IMG/VR virus record: IMGVR_UViG_3300046170_000287
Span: 643-64,642 of that record
From: a virus
Taxonomy: Duplodnaviria; Caudoviricetes
DNA length: 64,000 bases
Direction: 5' to 3' (one strand)
The notes below the pieces were generated by a model. It was given only the letters and a program-made list of their open reading frames with translations, ran no database searches and was not told the DNA's origin. The translations under genes were made by a program, and so were the position numbers. This document shows, piece by piece, positions 54,253 to 64,000 of this stretch (positions within the stretch are counted from its first letter, which is position 1; each line of letters opens with the position of its first letter).

Positions 54253-55452
54253 TTAGTTAAATTTTTTAGTTTTTATTTTAAGTTTTGTAGAATCAGCACC
54301 TGAAATCGCTCTTACTTTAAAACCGTTTAAAAACACATCTCCTTGAGAAGTCCTAGCTTTAGCGTTACTCAAGTTTTTTGATTTGTTTACAACGTCTTTT
54401 ACAGCGTCTGCTTTTCCTTGCTCATAAAAATGAGCGGCAATCTTATCTACGTTTTCAGCAGCATACATAGCCTTGTGATAACCATTTACATCTTTAACAC
54501 TACCGTTTTCGTCAAGGAACTTCCCAACGAGGTTTGTTATATTAGACTGGTTTTCTGCAACTTTATCTTTGTTTTGAATATTATACTTATATTTCTTTTC
54601 ACCAACACTGATATCAAAACCTTTGAAATCATCGCTAAAAAGCTTTTTTGTATTATCTTTAAACGTTTGATGCTGTTGCTCAGCTTGTTCTTGTTGCTTA
54701 TTATATCTATTGAAAAAATCCATAGCTTTTTGTTGTTCTTGAGTAACGCCCGGTCTCAACTTGATCTCGTCGTAATATTTACTCTTTGTTTCTTCTAAAA
54801 AGTTTTTGGCTTTTGCAACTTCTTCTTTAAATGCAAGTTTTTTCTTTCTTGCATCTCTTTCCTCGTCTATGTCTTCATCTATAACAAAATCTTCTAATAA
54901 AAGATCTATATCTTCAGACTCTAGATAAGGCTTATTTTTTTTGTAATACTCTTTTAATAAAGTAACATCGTCAACGCTAGAGTAGTCGGCGTTTAAACGA
55001 GTATAATCTTCTATTGTCCCACCTGTTTCTTCCATGAAAGAAATTAGCTTTTCAATATTTTCAGGTAAAGGTTTACCTAATACTTTTTCATCTCTAATAG
55101 CTTCCTTAACATCTGCTTCAACTTGTTTAACTTCAGCTTCAGTTACTTCTTGGATTGGAGAAAACCCTTCAGTAGTCTCGTTGGACTCTTGTACAGGTTC
55201 TTCCACCTTGTCGCTATCTCCGGATGGTGTATCTCCAGATACCTTTTCTGTTTCTCCGATTTGAATGGCATCGTCTTCTTTTTTTATTTCTACTTTAGTT
55301 ACATTATCTTCTAACTCTACTAAAGGTTCTTTTGGATTAACATTTACTTTTACAATGTTATCTTTTGTTTCTACTAGTTTTTTAGGTGTTTTCTTTTTAA
55401 TTTTAAAATCACCCTCCTGCTTAACAGGTTCATTTGTTTTTACTTCTGACAT
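54253..55452 (-). CDS. Capsid scaffolding protein (putative)
   Basis: Acidic low-complexity N-terminus, coiled coil, position between portal and major capsid. Confidence 0.65.
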   Translation of the reverse strand: MSEVKTNEPVKQEGDFKIKKKTPKKLVETKDNIVKVNVNPKEPLVELEDNVTKVEIKKEDDAIQIGETEKVSGDTPSGDSDKVEEPVQESNETTEGFSPIQEVTEAEVKQVEADVKEAIRDEKVLGKPLPENIEKLISFMEETGGTIEDYTRLNADYSSVDDVTLLKEYYKKNKPYLESEDIDLLLEDFVIDEDIDEERDARKKKLAFKEEVAKAKNFLEETKSKYYDEIKLRPGVTQEQQKAMDFFNRYNKQQEQAEQQHQTFKDNTKKLFSDDFKGFDISVGEKKYKYNIQNKDKVAENQSNITNLVGKFLDENGSVKDVNGYHKAMYAAENVDKIAAHFYEQGKADAVKDVVNKSKNLSNAKARTSQGDVFLNGFKVRAISGADSTKLKIKTKKFN

Positions 55453-55483
55453 AATATAATATAATTAAATAATTAAATAACGT

Positions 55484-57865
55484 TTACATAAAAGCGTTAA
55501 CGTCTTGTTGTTGTTCAAAGTTTATTGGCAAGCCATCATTTTTTCTTTGACTTATCATTTCACTCTGTTGCGTACCTTCCATTTTTATACGCTTATCTTT
55601 CCTGTCTTCTTTTGAATTTTCTTTTTGATTAACTTGTTGAACATCCATTTGTTTTAATTGCATGTTAAACTGATGTTGCATTTGCATTTTTTGTTGATCA
55701 AGTTGTGCTTGAACTTGCATTTTTTGTATTTCCATTTGAGTCCTAGACTTTTCGTATTGAACCTTAGAACCACTAATTGCTTCTTGCTTTTGCACTTCAG
55801 CCATTGCTGTTTTTTCAGCAGTAGAAGCCTGCGCATCTGCTTGAGCTTGAATATTAGCTTGTTGATTTTTTTGATCTTTAATCATTTTTTGCTTGCGCTT
55901 AGATTTAAGCATTTGATTAGCAAGCTTTAAGTTTTTTATTTGTCTAAGATCTATGGCGTCATCTAAATCAATACCACCGTTTTGTAAAGCAGTTTGAATA
56001 TTAGCTTCAAGTTTAGCTTCTTCTTCTTCATCTGGTTCTAGTTCTAAAAATATACCAAAATCGTGTAGATTTAAATCGCTTACTTGCTCTAATGTTTTTA
56101 TATTAAATAAAGATATAGAGTTTTTTAATGACTCTGCTGTTAAAGGAAATTCTAAAGCATCTGCTATTTTTAATGAAACATTTTCAGCTAGTCTTAGTGT
56201 AACATATAGGCTAGCTTGGTTAATATGTTTAGTTGCAGTATTAGAAGCGTTAGCAGCTAATTTTTGTAATCCAACTAATGTATTACGATCAGGTAGACTA
56301 CCATCTCTAGCCTCATTAAGTCCTGTAACATCACGTATCATTTGTAGATAATACTGATATGTTTGTATTAAACTAGCTATCTTAGCATTACCACCGCTGC
56401 TTTGTAGTTCTTGTATTGGAACTTTACCAGAATTCAAGTCACCATCTTGAGTAAGAGATCTACCAACAATACTACCAGTTTGAAAATACATATTTAAAGC
56501 TTCTGCTGGATTATAATTTGTACCATTGCCAAGATCAACTTCAGCCAAACCGTCCATGTCTAAATACACGCCATCTGGAACCATTCTAGATAAAACTTGT
56601 TGAAGTTTTAAATGAGTAAGTTGAATCATGTCTGCAAAACCTATACACTTACTTATTATAGAGTCAATTCTACCTTTGTACATTCTAGGTGCACATATAG
56701 CGTAATTCATTTCTACTTTAGTAGTATCAGACATAGGTCTTGACATATTCTCTGCTAATTCCCATTTAAGCATTGTATCTGTTCCTACTACTTTAGCACC
56801 GCTGTATAGAACTTCAATAGATCTTGAAACTCTTTCAAAGTTATCATTTTCAGGTGGATTAAAAGTATCTGGTTTTTCAATAGCTTTTATTAAACCCTGG
56901 TCTGTTTGTTTAATTTTAAAAACTTGATTATGATATGTTTTATAGTCAAAATATAAAACCTGAACAGTGTTAGCATCGTATCCACCCCATCCAGTTATAT
57001 ACTGTCTATTACCAGGCATTTGCTGTATACGCTCTAATTCTTCTTTAGATATATTAGGAAATTCTTTTTTTAGTTCTGGTATTGTTATTGATTTTATTTC
57101 ACCTACATAGTATATATCTTCAAAATTAGGATCTTCTGTATATGAATAAACCATATAAGCTGGATCTACATAATCTAATGTAATACCGTTAGCTGTATTA
57201 AAATTTGTTTTAGCAGCAGCAATACCACACGTGACTAAATCCATGTTTAATCTTCTTCTTATTAGGTCGTATTTATTTTGCGCAAAAACAGTAGATATAG
57301 CTTCTTCTTCAGCTATTTCAATACTCTGCTTATAAGAAAGTTGCATATGTAATTCTAGCTCTTCGTCTGATTCTGGAACTAAACCATTGTCAGCACTTTG
57401 AAACATATCAACACCTAAAGTTTGTTTTAGGTTTTGTAAATATTCTTTAGATAGCATATCTTCATACAATCTAGAAGCGTAATTTGTTCTTTTCTTTAAA
57501 GAAGCTGGGTCTTGAGCATATGCTTTTATTTCATAGGCTTTTTGAGATATACCGTTAACTACTATGTCAACAAATTTAGAAAGTATAGGAACTGGTTTCC
57601 AGTCTAAATTTAAATAAGACAAATCACCATTAATAGATAATTCATCTTTATATTTTTGAACAGGTTGCTCTCCTCTAGCATATAATCTAAGAGTATTAAA
57701 ATTATTCCAATTAGTTAAATACCTATTGCCATTAGTTCTACCAGATCTAAACCATTCATATTCAATAGCCATAGCTACTTGACTTCCGTATTTAATGCTA
57801 GCTTTTTCTGCATCACTAACTACTTGGCTAGGAAAAGAACTATTTGAATTAGTATATATATTCAT
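55484..57865 (-). CDS. Portal protein
   Basis: 793 aa after terminase; IRDVTGLNEARDG; Gln-rich C-terminal barrel. Confidence 0.85.
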   Translation of the reverse strand: MNIYTNSNSSFPSQVVSDAEKASIKYGSQVAMAIEYEWFRSGRTNGNRYLTNWNNFNTLRLYARGEQPVQKYKDELSINGDLSYLNLDWKPVPILSKFVDIVVNGISQKAYEIKAYAQDPASLKKRTNYASRLYEDMLSKEYLQNLKQTLGVDMFQSADNGLVPESDEELELHMQLSYKQSIEIAEEEAISTVFAQNKYDLIRRRLNMDLVTCGIAAAKTNFNTANGITLDYVDPAYMVYSYTEDPNFEDIYYVGEIKSITIPELKKEFPNISKEELERIQQMPGNRQYITGWGGYDANTVQVLYFDYKTYHNQVFKIKQTDQGLIKAIEKPDTFNPPENDNFERVSRSIEVLYSGAKVVGTDTMLKWELAENMSRPMSDTTKVEMNYAICAPRMYKGRIDSIISKCIGFADMIQLTHLKLQQVLSRMVPDGVYLDMDGLAEVDLGNGTNYNPAEALNMYFQTGSIVGRSLTQDGDLNSGKVPIQELQSSGGNAKIASLIQTYQYYLQMIRDVTGLNEARDGSLPDRNTLVGLQKLAANASNTATKHINQASLYVTLRLAENVSLKIADALEFPLTAESLKNSISLFNIKTLEQVSDLNLHDFGIFLELEPDEEEEAKLEANIQTALQNGGIDLDDAIDLRQIKNLKLANQMLKSKRKQKMIKDQKNQQANIQAQADAQASTAEKTAMAEVQKQEAISGSKVQYEKSRTQMEIQKMQVQAQLDQQKMQMQHQFNMQLKQMDVQQVNQKENSKEDRKDKRIKMEGTQQSEMISQRKNDGLPINFEQQQDVNAFM

Positions 57866-60076
57866 TTAACTTATTATTTTTGATGTAGTTCCCCTGTTGT
57901 CGTATCTTTTAATACCTAAATTAACGGGTTCTATTATTCTTTTATTTACTGGTGAATATCTATGTTTATTACAAGCCATAAGAGCAAGTCCAGAGCTAAT
58001 AGAGGCATCGTGCTTTGTTCTATTATTTATATTAAATCTAGCCCAGTCTTCTAGTGTTTTTTGAAAATACATATCACCATAACCTGTTTCTTTTAAACCA
58101 ACATAATTTTCTATATACGTTTCAATTGCAGAAGCATGAGCTTGTTTTATATCTTCACTTGAGTTTGGTATACCACCTAATTCTCTTTCTGTTATAGATA
58201 ATTTATTATACTTTCTATCTGGTCTATTCATTGAGAAACCTCTATAACCTCTTTTTTTAAAATAATATAATAGTCTTGGTTTGTTATTTTCAGCTAATAT
58301 TGGCATACCATAAAAAACACAAGCCATTAATACATCTTCAAAAAATATTTCAGCTGTTTGTGGACGAGCTATATATTCTAAAAAGAAATGATTAGGAGGT
58401 ACGTCTTCCATTGAAAATTTAGTAAGACCATGTAAAGATCCTTTAGAACCTCTTTTATCTACTGTGCCTGATATATCATATGGGTCACATCCAAATGCGC
58501 CCATAAAGTCATTACCAGGATAGTTAGTGCTATTTTTTTTATAACGCCTGTTTTGTAGATGCGATGGTGGAACCCAGCTTATTTTAAATCTACCATTTTT
58601 ATTTGGAACAAATATAACATTAGTATCTTTTTCTGCGTTTTGCCATTGAAAACTCCCCTGTGTTATATTGATAGAATTTTTTAAATCTTCATTAAAATCT
58701 ATTTGCTCATAAATCTTAGTTAGATTAAATAAAGATTCTTTTGATTCATCTCTAAATGCGTGCTTTTCAGTGCGCGGAAACTGTCTATAAAATTCATTTA
58801 AAGCATCTTGATCTTTTTTAAGACCGTCTACTTCATTATTCCAGTATTCTATTACACCTAAATCAATTGTTTCGCCTTGAGGTCCTTGCTTTGGTTTTTT
58901 TGGCGTATCGAAGACAGGTAATCCATAAGAATCAATGTATCCTTCGTAATTCCATTCCATAGGTATAAACAAGCTATATAGTCCAGAGCGAGTTTGTCCA
59001 TTTGCATTTCTTTGATTGACGTCTGAGTCATTATAAAGTTTTTTAAAATTATCACCGCCTTTATCTAATGAATTACTAGTCGAACCCATCATGCATTTAC
59101 CTATAATCCTACTACCTAGTCTTAAGGTTGTTTTCGTAACCCTCCAGTTATTGAGGATGTTCGTCGGACGTTCCCATTTGCCGCTTTCATCGTGGACGAG
59201 TAGCTTGAGTTTCTCACCGTCATACGAGTTGTCGCCCGTGTTTTTCCAGTCGATCGTAGTGTCGAGCCCGTCGAGTTCGCGTAGCGTTTGGTTTGTTTCA
59301 AGTTTCTTACGGGTGTATTTTGTGGCCGGGACTCTAAATGCAAGTTCGGTCTTGGGGCGATCCATACCGTCCTGGATGGGCTTAAAAAAGAACGGGTAGT
59401 TGACTGATATTGGTACCACTTTATCCGTGAACATCTTCTTCGCATCAGGTCCAGATTTCGATAGTATTCCATATCTAGAGTCAGAGGATATGGTTGCCAG
59501 GTTAACCACCTCGCCTGATGCCATAAATGAAAATCCAGATCTTCTGTTCTTAAGGTAGCACAGTCCATATGAACGTACATCGGCTTTGCAAGCCTCCCAA
59601 AAGATATAGAATAATCTATTTGATTCGCGAAAGTCCGGTTTACCAACGTCGATTTTGCTCCACTGCAAGTACATATAGTGAGTACCAGTAATATAAGTAC
59701 CCACACCCTTATTATAGAACCAAAACCCTTCTTCTCTGCGAGTAAATTCATTATCGATGTAATCATACCATTTTTCTTTAAAGTCCAGTGGATATTCTTC
59801 CCAGTCAAATACTGATTTTATTTTACTTAAAACTTTAGGATATTCAGTATATTCCCATCTGTCTGTTTCAAATTTATGTACTTTTGTTTTTTCAGGTAAA
59901 GCTATTTTAAGGTTTTGTATTTCATATATATCACCTATTTTACCCGTTTTGCTTATAACAATAATATCATGTTCTTTGTTATAGCCATATTCCCACTTAT
60001 CATACCTATTCATTCGTTTAAGAACTTTAGGTTTTATGTGGTCTTTTAAAACTTTATATAATGACTGTTTGTACAT
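57866..60076 (-). CDS. terL: Terminase large subunit
   Basis: LKNRRSGFS Walker A variant, LLVHDESGK Walker B, GCDPYD nuclease motif, AENNK, HDASISSG. Confidence 0.9.
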   Translation of the reverse strand: MYKQSLYKVLKDHIKPKVLKRMNRYDKWEYGYNKEHDIIVISKTGKIGDIYEIQNLKIALPEKTKVHKFETDRWEYTEYPKVLSKIKSVFDWEEYPLDFKEKWYDYIDNEFTRREEGFWFYNKGVGTYITGTHYMYLQWSKIDVGKPDFRESNRLFYIFWEACKADVRSYGLCYLKNRRSGFSFMASGEVVNLATISSDSRYGILSKSGPDAKKMFTDKVVPISVNYPFFFKPIQDGMDRPKTELAFRVPATKYTRKKLETNQTLRELDGLDTTIDWKNTGDNSYDGEKLKLLVHDESGKWERPTNILNNWRVTKTTLRLGSRIIGKCMMGSTSNSLDKGGDNFKKLYNDSDVNQRNANGQTRSGLYSLFIPMEWNYEGYIDSYGLPVFDTPKKPKQGPQGETIDLGVIEYWNNEVDGLKKDQDALNEFYRQFPRTEKHAFRDESKESLFNLTKIYEQIDFNEDLKNSINITQGSFQWQNAEKDTNVIFVPNKNGRFKISWVPPSHLQNRRYKKNSTNYPGNDFMGAFGCDPYDISGTVDKRGSKGSLHGLTKFSMEDVPPNHFFLEYIARPQTAEIFFEDVLMACVFYGMPILAENNKPRLLYYFKKRGYRGFSMNRPDRKYNKLSITERELGGIPNSSEDIKQAHASAIETYIENYVGLKETGYGDMYFQKTLEDWARFNINNRTKHDASISSGLALMACNKHRYSPVNKRIIEPVNLGIKRYDNRGTTSKIIS

Positions 60077-60351
60077 TAGCTAGATCTTCCTTCAGCAAAA
60101 CCTTTAAAAGCTCTTTGTTCTTTAACTTCTTTTGGTTTATCATTTAATAGATTTTCTTCTTCTTCAATACGACTAAGTATTTCAAATGCATCAAATATAG
60201 CTAGTTTTTTAGTAGCCGCAGCATTTTTAAGTCTATCAGCTGATATATCATCATCTGAATCAACAATAGCTTCTTTAGCCACCTTGATTAACTCCTCTAC
60301 TGCTCGCTGCCCAGCTTGGATTATATTCTTTTTCGTCTCCTTGGTGTTCAT
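60076..60351 (-). CDS. Terminase small subunit (putative)
   Basis: Small helical protein whose stop overlaps the terL start. Confidence 0.5.
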   Translation of the reverse strand: MNTKETKKNIIQAGQRAVEELIKVAKEAIVDSDDDISADRLKNAAATKKLAIFDAFEILSRIEEEENLLNDKPKEVKEQRAFKGFAEGRSS

Positions 60352-60901
60352 ACTTAATTACAATATCATTAGATTTCATACAATAAAGTCGTTTGTCTTC
60401 GACTAAAAACTCCCATTCACTGTTAGGAGTAAACCCTACAAGATCACCTGGGATTATATTAAGCGCTTCTAAGGACTTATTACCGTATTTAAGTATACCA
60501 ATAAGGCTAGCCTCTTTATCAAGCGTTAGATCTTGTTTGCTTTTTATAGGTGTTATAAAGCATCTATTATTTATAGTCTTCCAGTTTTTTTTATTTTTAT
60601 ATAAATATATTTGGTCAACTGCACAGAAATAGTAATTATCTTTAAAATAAGATCTGCTTTTTTTCTTTTCACCTCTCATATCATAAAACGTTCTAAAAAC
60701 ATTTTGATGTATGATTATTATAGCGCCTTTTTTTATAGGTGTTGAAAAGGCAGCTGGGGTTTCTACAACCCTAGCTAACCTATTTACAAACTTCCAGTTT
60801 TCAATTTTAGTATTTACAACTAATTTTTTATCACCTACGTTAACAGTATTGCTGTATTTATCGCCAACTGGTTCGACAATAAAATCGTATATACTTTTCA
60901 T
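60275..60901 (-). CDS. GroES-like protein (tandem Cpn10-like domains)
   Basis: INNRCFITP...PGDLVGF...EFLVEDKRLYCMKSNDIV follows the GroES strand pattern; the N-terminal half is similar. Confidence 0.55.
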   Translation of the reverse strand: MKSIYDFIVEPVGDKYSNTVNVGDKKLVVNTKIENWKFVNRLARVVETPAAFSTPIKKGAIIIIHQNVFRTFYDMRGEKKKSRSYFKDNYYFCAVDQIYLYKNKKNWKTINNRCFITPIKSKQDLTLDKEASLIGILKYGNKSLEALNIIPGDLVGFTPNSEWEFLVEDKRLYCMKSNDIVIKYEHQGDEKEYNPSWAASSRGVNQGG

Positions 60902-61128
60902 TAATACTCTAAATCGTATTCAACAGATATAGCCATGTTAGAATTAAACTTCTTCCACGGTAATACTTCGTCTTTTTTCTTTATATGAATATTATAAGAT
61001 CCGTCAGAATTATTGAATAAAATATAAGCTATTTCGTGACCACCATATACTTGTTGACCTACAGAATAGTGCATAGCGTCGTTTTTGTAATCAGAACCTA
61101 TACTGATTTTTCTTATAACTGAATCCAC
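60901..61128 (-). CDS. Hypothetical protein (IRKISIGSDYKNDAMHY)
   Basis: Operon packing; GTG start. Confidence 0.65.
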   Translation of the reverse strand: MDSVIRKISIGSDYKNDAMHYSVGQQVYGGHEIAYILFNNSDGSYNIHIKKKDEVLPWKKFNSNMAISVEYDLEY

Positions 61129-61373
61129 TACTTTTGTTCTTTTTCTACTTCAGAGTATTCACCGGTTTTTAAATCAATATTTACACTACCGTATTTTTCT
61201 TCTAATTCCTTTTTTTGAATATCTATTTTCTCGTTAATTCCAGCTATTTTATGTAATTGAGAATGTTTTTGAGCTTCTAAAATACCAACGCTATTAATAA
61301 CAGCGTCTAGGCTTTTTGTTAATTCAACTATATTTTCTAATTCTTTTTTAGTTATTTTTTTAGCTTTTGCCAT
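61128..61373 (-). CDS. Small coiled-coil protein
   Basis: First gene after the tandem promoter motif. Confidence 0.65.
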   Translation of the reverse strand: MAKAKKITKKELENIVELTKSLDAVINSVGILEAQKHSQLHKIAGINEKIDIQKKELEEKYGSVNIDLKTGEYSEVEKEQK

Positions 61374-61403
61374 AATTTAATTTAATTTGATTGTTATTTA
61401 TAA

Positions 61404-61428
61404 TTATATAGTCACTTATATATCACTT
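61404..61428 (-). promoter_or_regulatory. Tandem late-type promoter motifs (AAGTGATATATAA and AAGTGACTATATAA) heading the packaging operon
   Basis: Two overlapping copies of the motif. Confidence 0.55.
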
Positions 61429-62038
61429 ATTTACATACAATTATACCATCTCTAGTTGCGTTTGTGTCTGTGTTTGTAATATAATCTACAGCTAGTGGTA
61501 AAAATTGACCTGCTACAACTTGGCAAGACACTTCTTCATCAGATGTAGGTATTCCTCTTTCTAGTTTAAGAATTTGAAAAGTACAATCCGTTGATCCAGC
61601 TGGTCTTCCAGTTTCAACAACAGTTATAATATCACCTACGTTATATCCAGATCCACCATTTATTATTTCCATTGATTGAACAGCACCTCCAGCATCAACA
61701 AATACCTGAACTGTTATACCAGAAGCATTGTTTGGATTTGAATCTGTTGTGGGGAAAGTTGTTCCAGCTGTATAATTTGTTCCAGCGGTTAATTGTTTAA
61801 AAACAACGCCTTCACCTTTTATACCTACTTTTAAAGAAGCTTTTGAAGTTCCAGCGGGTATAACCTTAATACCACCAGATACACCACAGTATAAAACAGA
61901 GCTATTTAAATACCTACCATATTTACCTGTTTGATTTTCAAAAGGCCAAGCTAATATACCATCAGGCGTGCCAACATGAACGCTTTTACATTGAAATGCT
62001 TTACCGGCTACACCGGTGTCTATTGAAAATTTACTCAT
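61427..62038 (-). CDS. Putative virion structural protein
   Basis: GTNYTAG...INGGSGYNVGDIITV beta module seen in phage structural proteins. Confidence 0.5.
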   Translation of the reverse strand: MSKFSIDTGVAGKAFQCKSVHVGTPDGILAWPFENQTGKYGRYLNSSVLYCGVSGGIKVIPAGTSKASLKVGIKGEGVVFKQLTAGTNYTAGTTFPTTDSNPNNASGITVQVFVDAGGAVQSMEIINGGSGYNVGDIITVVETGRPAGSTDCTFQILKLERGIPTSDEEVSCQVVAGQFLPLAVDYITNTDTNATRDGIIVCK

Positions 62039-62042
62039 TTTT

Positions 62043-62495
62043 TTATTTATTACTTATTGATTTAAACTTTTCTGCGCCTCGTGAGCCAAAATATGCTACA
62101 TACACAGTTGTTGTTAATGTTTTTAATAGATTTATCCACTCTTGTTCAACAGTAAAATCTATATAACCATGACTATCAACCCATATAAAAGATACAGTCA
62201 TTATTGTTAAAAATATTAAACTCATTGGTCTAGTGTTTTTACTAAGCCAAGAGTCTGAACTCATATCGCTTTCCCAGCGCTTCGATACTTCTTGGGCTTC
62301 AACTATATCTTGTTCTAATAGTTTTAAAGCCATTTCTTTATCAGGTGGTGGTAAAGTTTCATCTCTATCGATTAAGTTCTTTACAACACCTAATAAGCCT
62401 TTATCTGGCAGTACATCTGCTAGTGAATCTAATACTCCAGATTTACCAAGCAAAAACTGACCGACTTTAGTTTCTTTGAATTTTTTTTTAGGCAT
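62043..62495 (-). CDS. Holin-like membrane protein (3TM-holin type)
   Basis: RWESDMSSDSWLSKNTRP, two hydrophobic helices, AYFGSRGAEK. Confidence 0.7.
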   Translation of the reverse strand: MPKKKFKETKVGQFLLGKSGVLDSLADVLPDKGLLGVVKNLIDRDETLPPPDKEMALKLLEQDIVEAQEVSKRWESDMSSDSWLSKNTRPMSLIFLTIMTVSFIWVDSHGYIDFTVEQEWINLLKTLTTTVYVAYFGSRGAEKFKSISNK

Positions 62496-62496
62496 A

Positions 62497-63144
62497 TTAA
62501 TTATTTACAATACCAAGAGCCTGCGCTTTTTCTTCATCAAATTGTTGTTGTGCCGCTATTTGAGCTTCATAATCTTTCATTTGCTGATTATATCTAGGCA
62601 TAGATAATCTTTTTCCTTCATTATCTTGAGCTACTTCAAGCTGCGTATATGCTTTTTGTACTGGCCTAACAAGAGTTTTTTGTTTGCCTGGTTCAAAATT
62701 TAAAATTTCTGGAATATTAACAACAGCCGTGCTTTCTCCAGGTGCTCTATTTAAACTAGGATCTACTGGGTTTGAAACTGAATAGTTTGCATCTCTACTT
62801 ATAGTTCCTTGAATATATGTAGGCTGGTCTACCGCTCTAACTTTTTTAGTTCCTGGATAATAATAACTTCCACCTGTTATAACTTTATTAGCATTCCACT
62901 GTGTTGGCTCAGTAAATGTAGTGTCGTTATATTGTAAATTTCTTAATTGTTCTGGTGTCATTGTTGAAATCTGTTGATTTCTATCAGCTTCATACGCGTC
63001 TACATCGTATTGAAAATCTGCTAAATTACTACCGTTTCTTGTAAATTTATTTGTGCTTGGATTTATATTAGTACGGTATTCGGCCTTTTGAAGGTTTGGA
63101 CTAGAATTATACCCTGGTCTTCCTATTTTATGTTTTAGTTTCAT
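62497..63144 (-). CDS. Hypothetical protein with SP-type leader
   Basis: Begins MKLKHKIGRPGYNSSPNLQ. Confidence 0.6.
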   Translation of the reverse strand: MKLKHKIGRPGYNSSPNLQKAEYRTNINPSTNKFTRNGSNLADFQYDVDAYEADRNQQISTMTPEQLRNLQYNDTTFTEPTQWNANKVITGGSYYYPGTKKVRAVDQPTYIQGTISRDANYSVSNPVDPSLNRAPGESTAVVNIPEILNFEPGKQKTLVRPVQKAYTQLEVAQDNEGKRLSMPRYNQQMKDYEAQIAAQQQFDEEKAQALGIVNN

Positions 63145-63146
63145 AT

Positions 63147-63776
63147 TTATCTTTTATAATATTCAGGGCATCCGCCGCCTTTACATGGAGTTATAAGATT
63201 TCTAATTCCTCGAAAAGAAATATTAGGTACAAATCTATTTAGATCTATATCGCGAACAAATCCAAGATCAGGTAATGGCAAATTTATATTTCCAATTCCA
63301 GATTTTCCACTACCTTGACCAGTCGTTATGCTTCCTAAAGTAGGTGGCGCTGCCACTTCTGGTCTTTTAAATACTTCAGTATTAGTGCTTGTTGTTCCAG
63401 GTATTATTTGATCTGGAGTTCCTTTGCCAGTAGTTACTTTTTCTGATGGGGGTACGATTATTGGATCTGAATCAGGGGGATCACAATTAAATGTTCCTGT
63501 TCTACCTGGTCCAGATTTTATACCTCTACAATCATCCGCGTATGTAACGCCTTTTGGATCAAATGTACTTCTTCTACCTGGAGTTTTTTCTACAACTGGT
63601 TCAGGAGCCGGCGTGCCTTTGATTATTCTTTCTGGTGTTGTAGTAGTTATTATTTTTCTATAACCTCCATCAGGTGTCTCTTCATACCTTTCATTAGTAC
63701 TAACATTAGTATTCTGCTGCATAAGAGGAGTATTCATCCGCAAAGGCCCACCACCTTGATATTTCATTTTAAACAT
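63147..63776 (-). CDS. Pro/Thr-rich hypothetical protein with MFKMK...GPLRM.TPLMQ leader
   Basis: ORF packing. Confidence 0.6.
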   Translation of the reverse strand: MFKMKYQGGGPLRMNTPLMQQNTNVSTNERYEETPDGGYRKIITTTTPERIIKGTPAPEPVVEKTPGRRSTFDPKGVTYADDCRGIKSGPGRTGTFNCDPPDSDPIIVPPSEKVTTGKGTPDQIIPGTTSTNTEVFKRPEVAAPPTLGSITTGQGSGKSGIGNINLPLPDLGFVRDIDLNRFVPNISFRGIRNLITPCKGGGCPEYYKR

Positions 63777-63777
63777 T

Positions 63778-63999
63778 TTATTCTTTTTTTACGTATTCTA
63801 TTTCAAAAATACCATTCATATTAACTATTGAAGCTATTAAAGTTTTTTTATCTTTAACAACAAAAACAACATTAGTTTTCCAGTTGTTTGGAACATAATT
63901 GTTTTTTAGGTATAATTTATTTTTATTATACCTAATATCTGTAGTTTGTAAAGGATTTCCTGAAACAGAACTAACAGAGTTTACATTTATTTTATTTTC
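63778..63999 (-). CDS. Partial CDS (3' end; starts beyond the window)
   Basis: Open frame from the window edge to TAA at 63778-63780. Confidence 0.55.
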   Translation of the reverse strand, partial: ENKINVNSVSSVSGNPLQTTDIRYNKNKLYLKNNYVPNNWKTNVVFVVKDKKTLIASIVNMNGIFEIEYVKKE

Positions 64000-64000
64000 T

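Noticed and set aside
1-64000. Stop-codon recoding as in some crAss-like phages
   Set aside because: Genes are full length and tightly packed in the standard code; TAG and TGA both end genes; the tRNA-Gln anticodon is TTG, not a suppressor
1-64000. Prophage, integrase, introns or inteins
   Set aside because: No recombinase or host genes; terL, nrdA, nrdB and the primase-helicase are of uninterrupted normal size

Overview
The whole window is part of one AT-rich, apparently lytic tailed-phage genome, with no integrase, repressor/att module or host genes. Gene order and content (terminase-portal-scaffold-major capsid, short-tail stabilisation proteins, giant internal virion protein, A-rich leaders without Shine-Dalgarno) suggest a podovirus-like phage of marine Bacteroidota (Flavobacteriia), architecturally reminiscent of crAss-related/Cellulophaga phages; the host assignment is inference. 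The plus-strand block 12.4-29.0 kb holds early genes, RNA genes, DNA ligase, a sigma factor, ERF/exonuclease, SSB, primase-helicase, a T4 gp42-like dCMP-modifying enzyme, NTP pyrophosphatases, endonuclease I and a class I RNR, but no DNA polymerase. It is flanked on both sides by minus-strand late genes: packaging, capsid, tail, ejection proteins, lysis, GroEL/GroES and arrays of small proteins with shared SP-motif leaders. The most striking observation is a 79-nt tmRNA-like RNA with an intact alanyl tRNA-like domain but no mRNA-like domain (15351-15429), next to a second anticodon-less tRNA-like RNA. Other highlights are two exactly spaced promoter-like motif families, a pair of identical-length 45-bp inverted-repeat boxes bracketing the early region, a probable cytosine-modification module, and a long overprinted ORF inside the terminase gene. 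All calls come from reading motifs by eye; no database searches were run.
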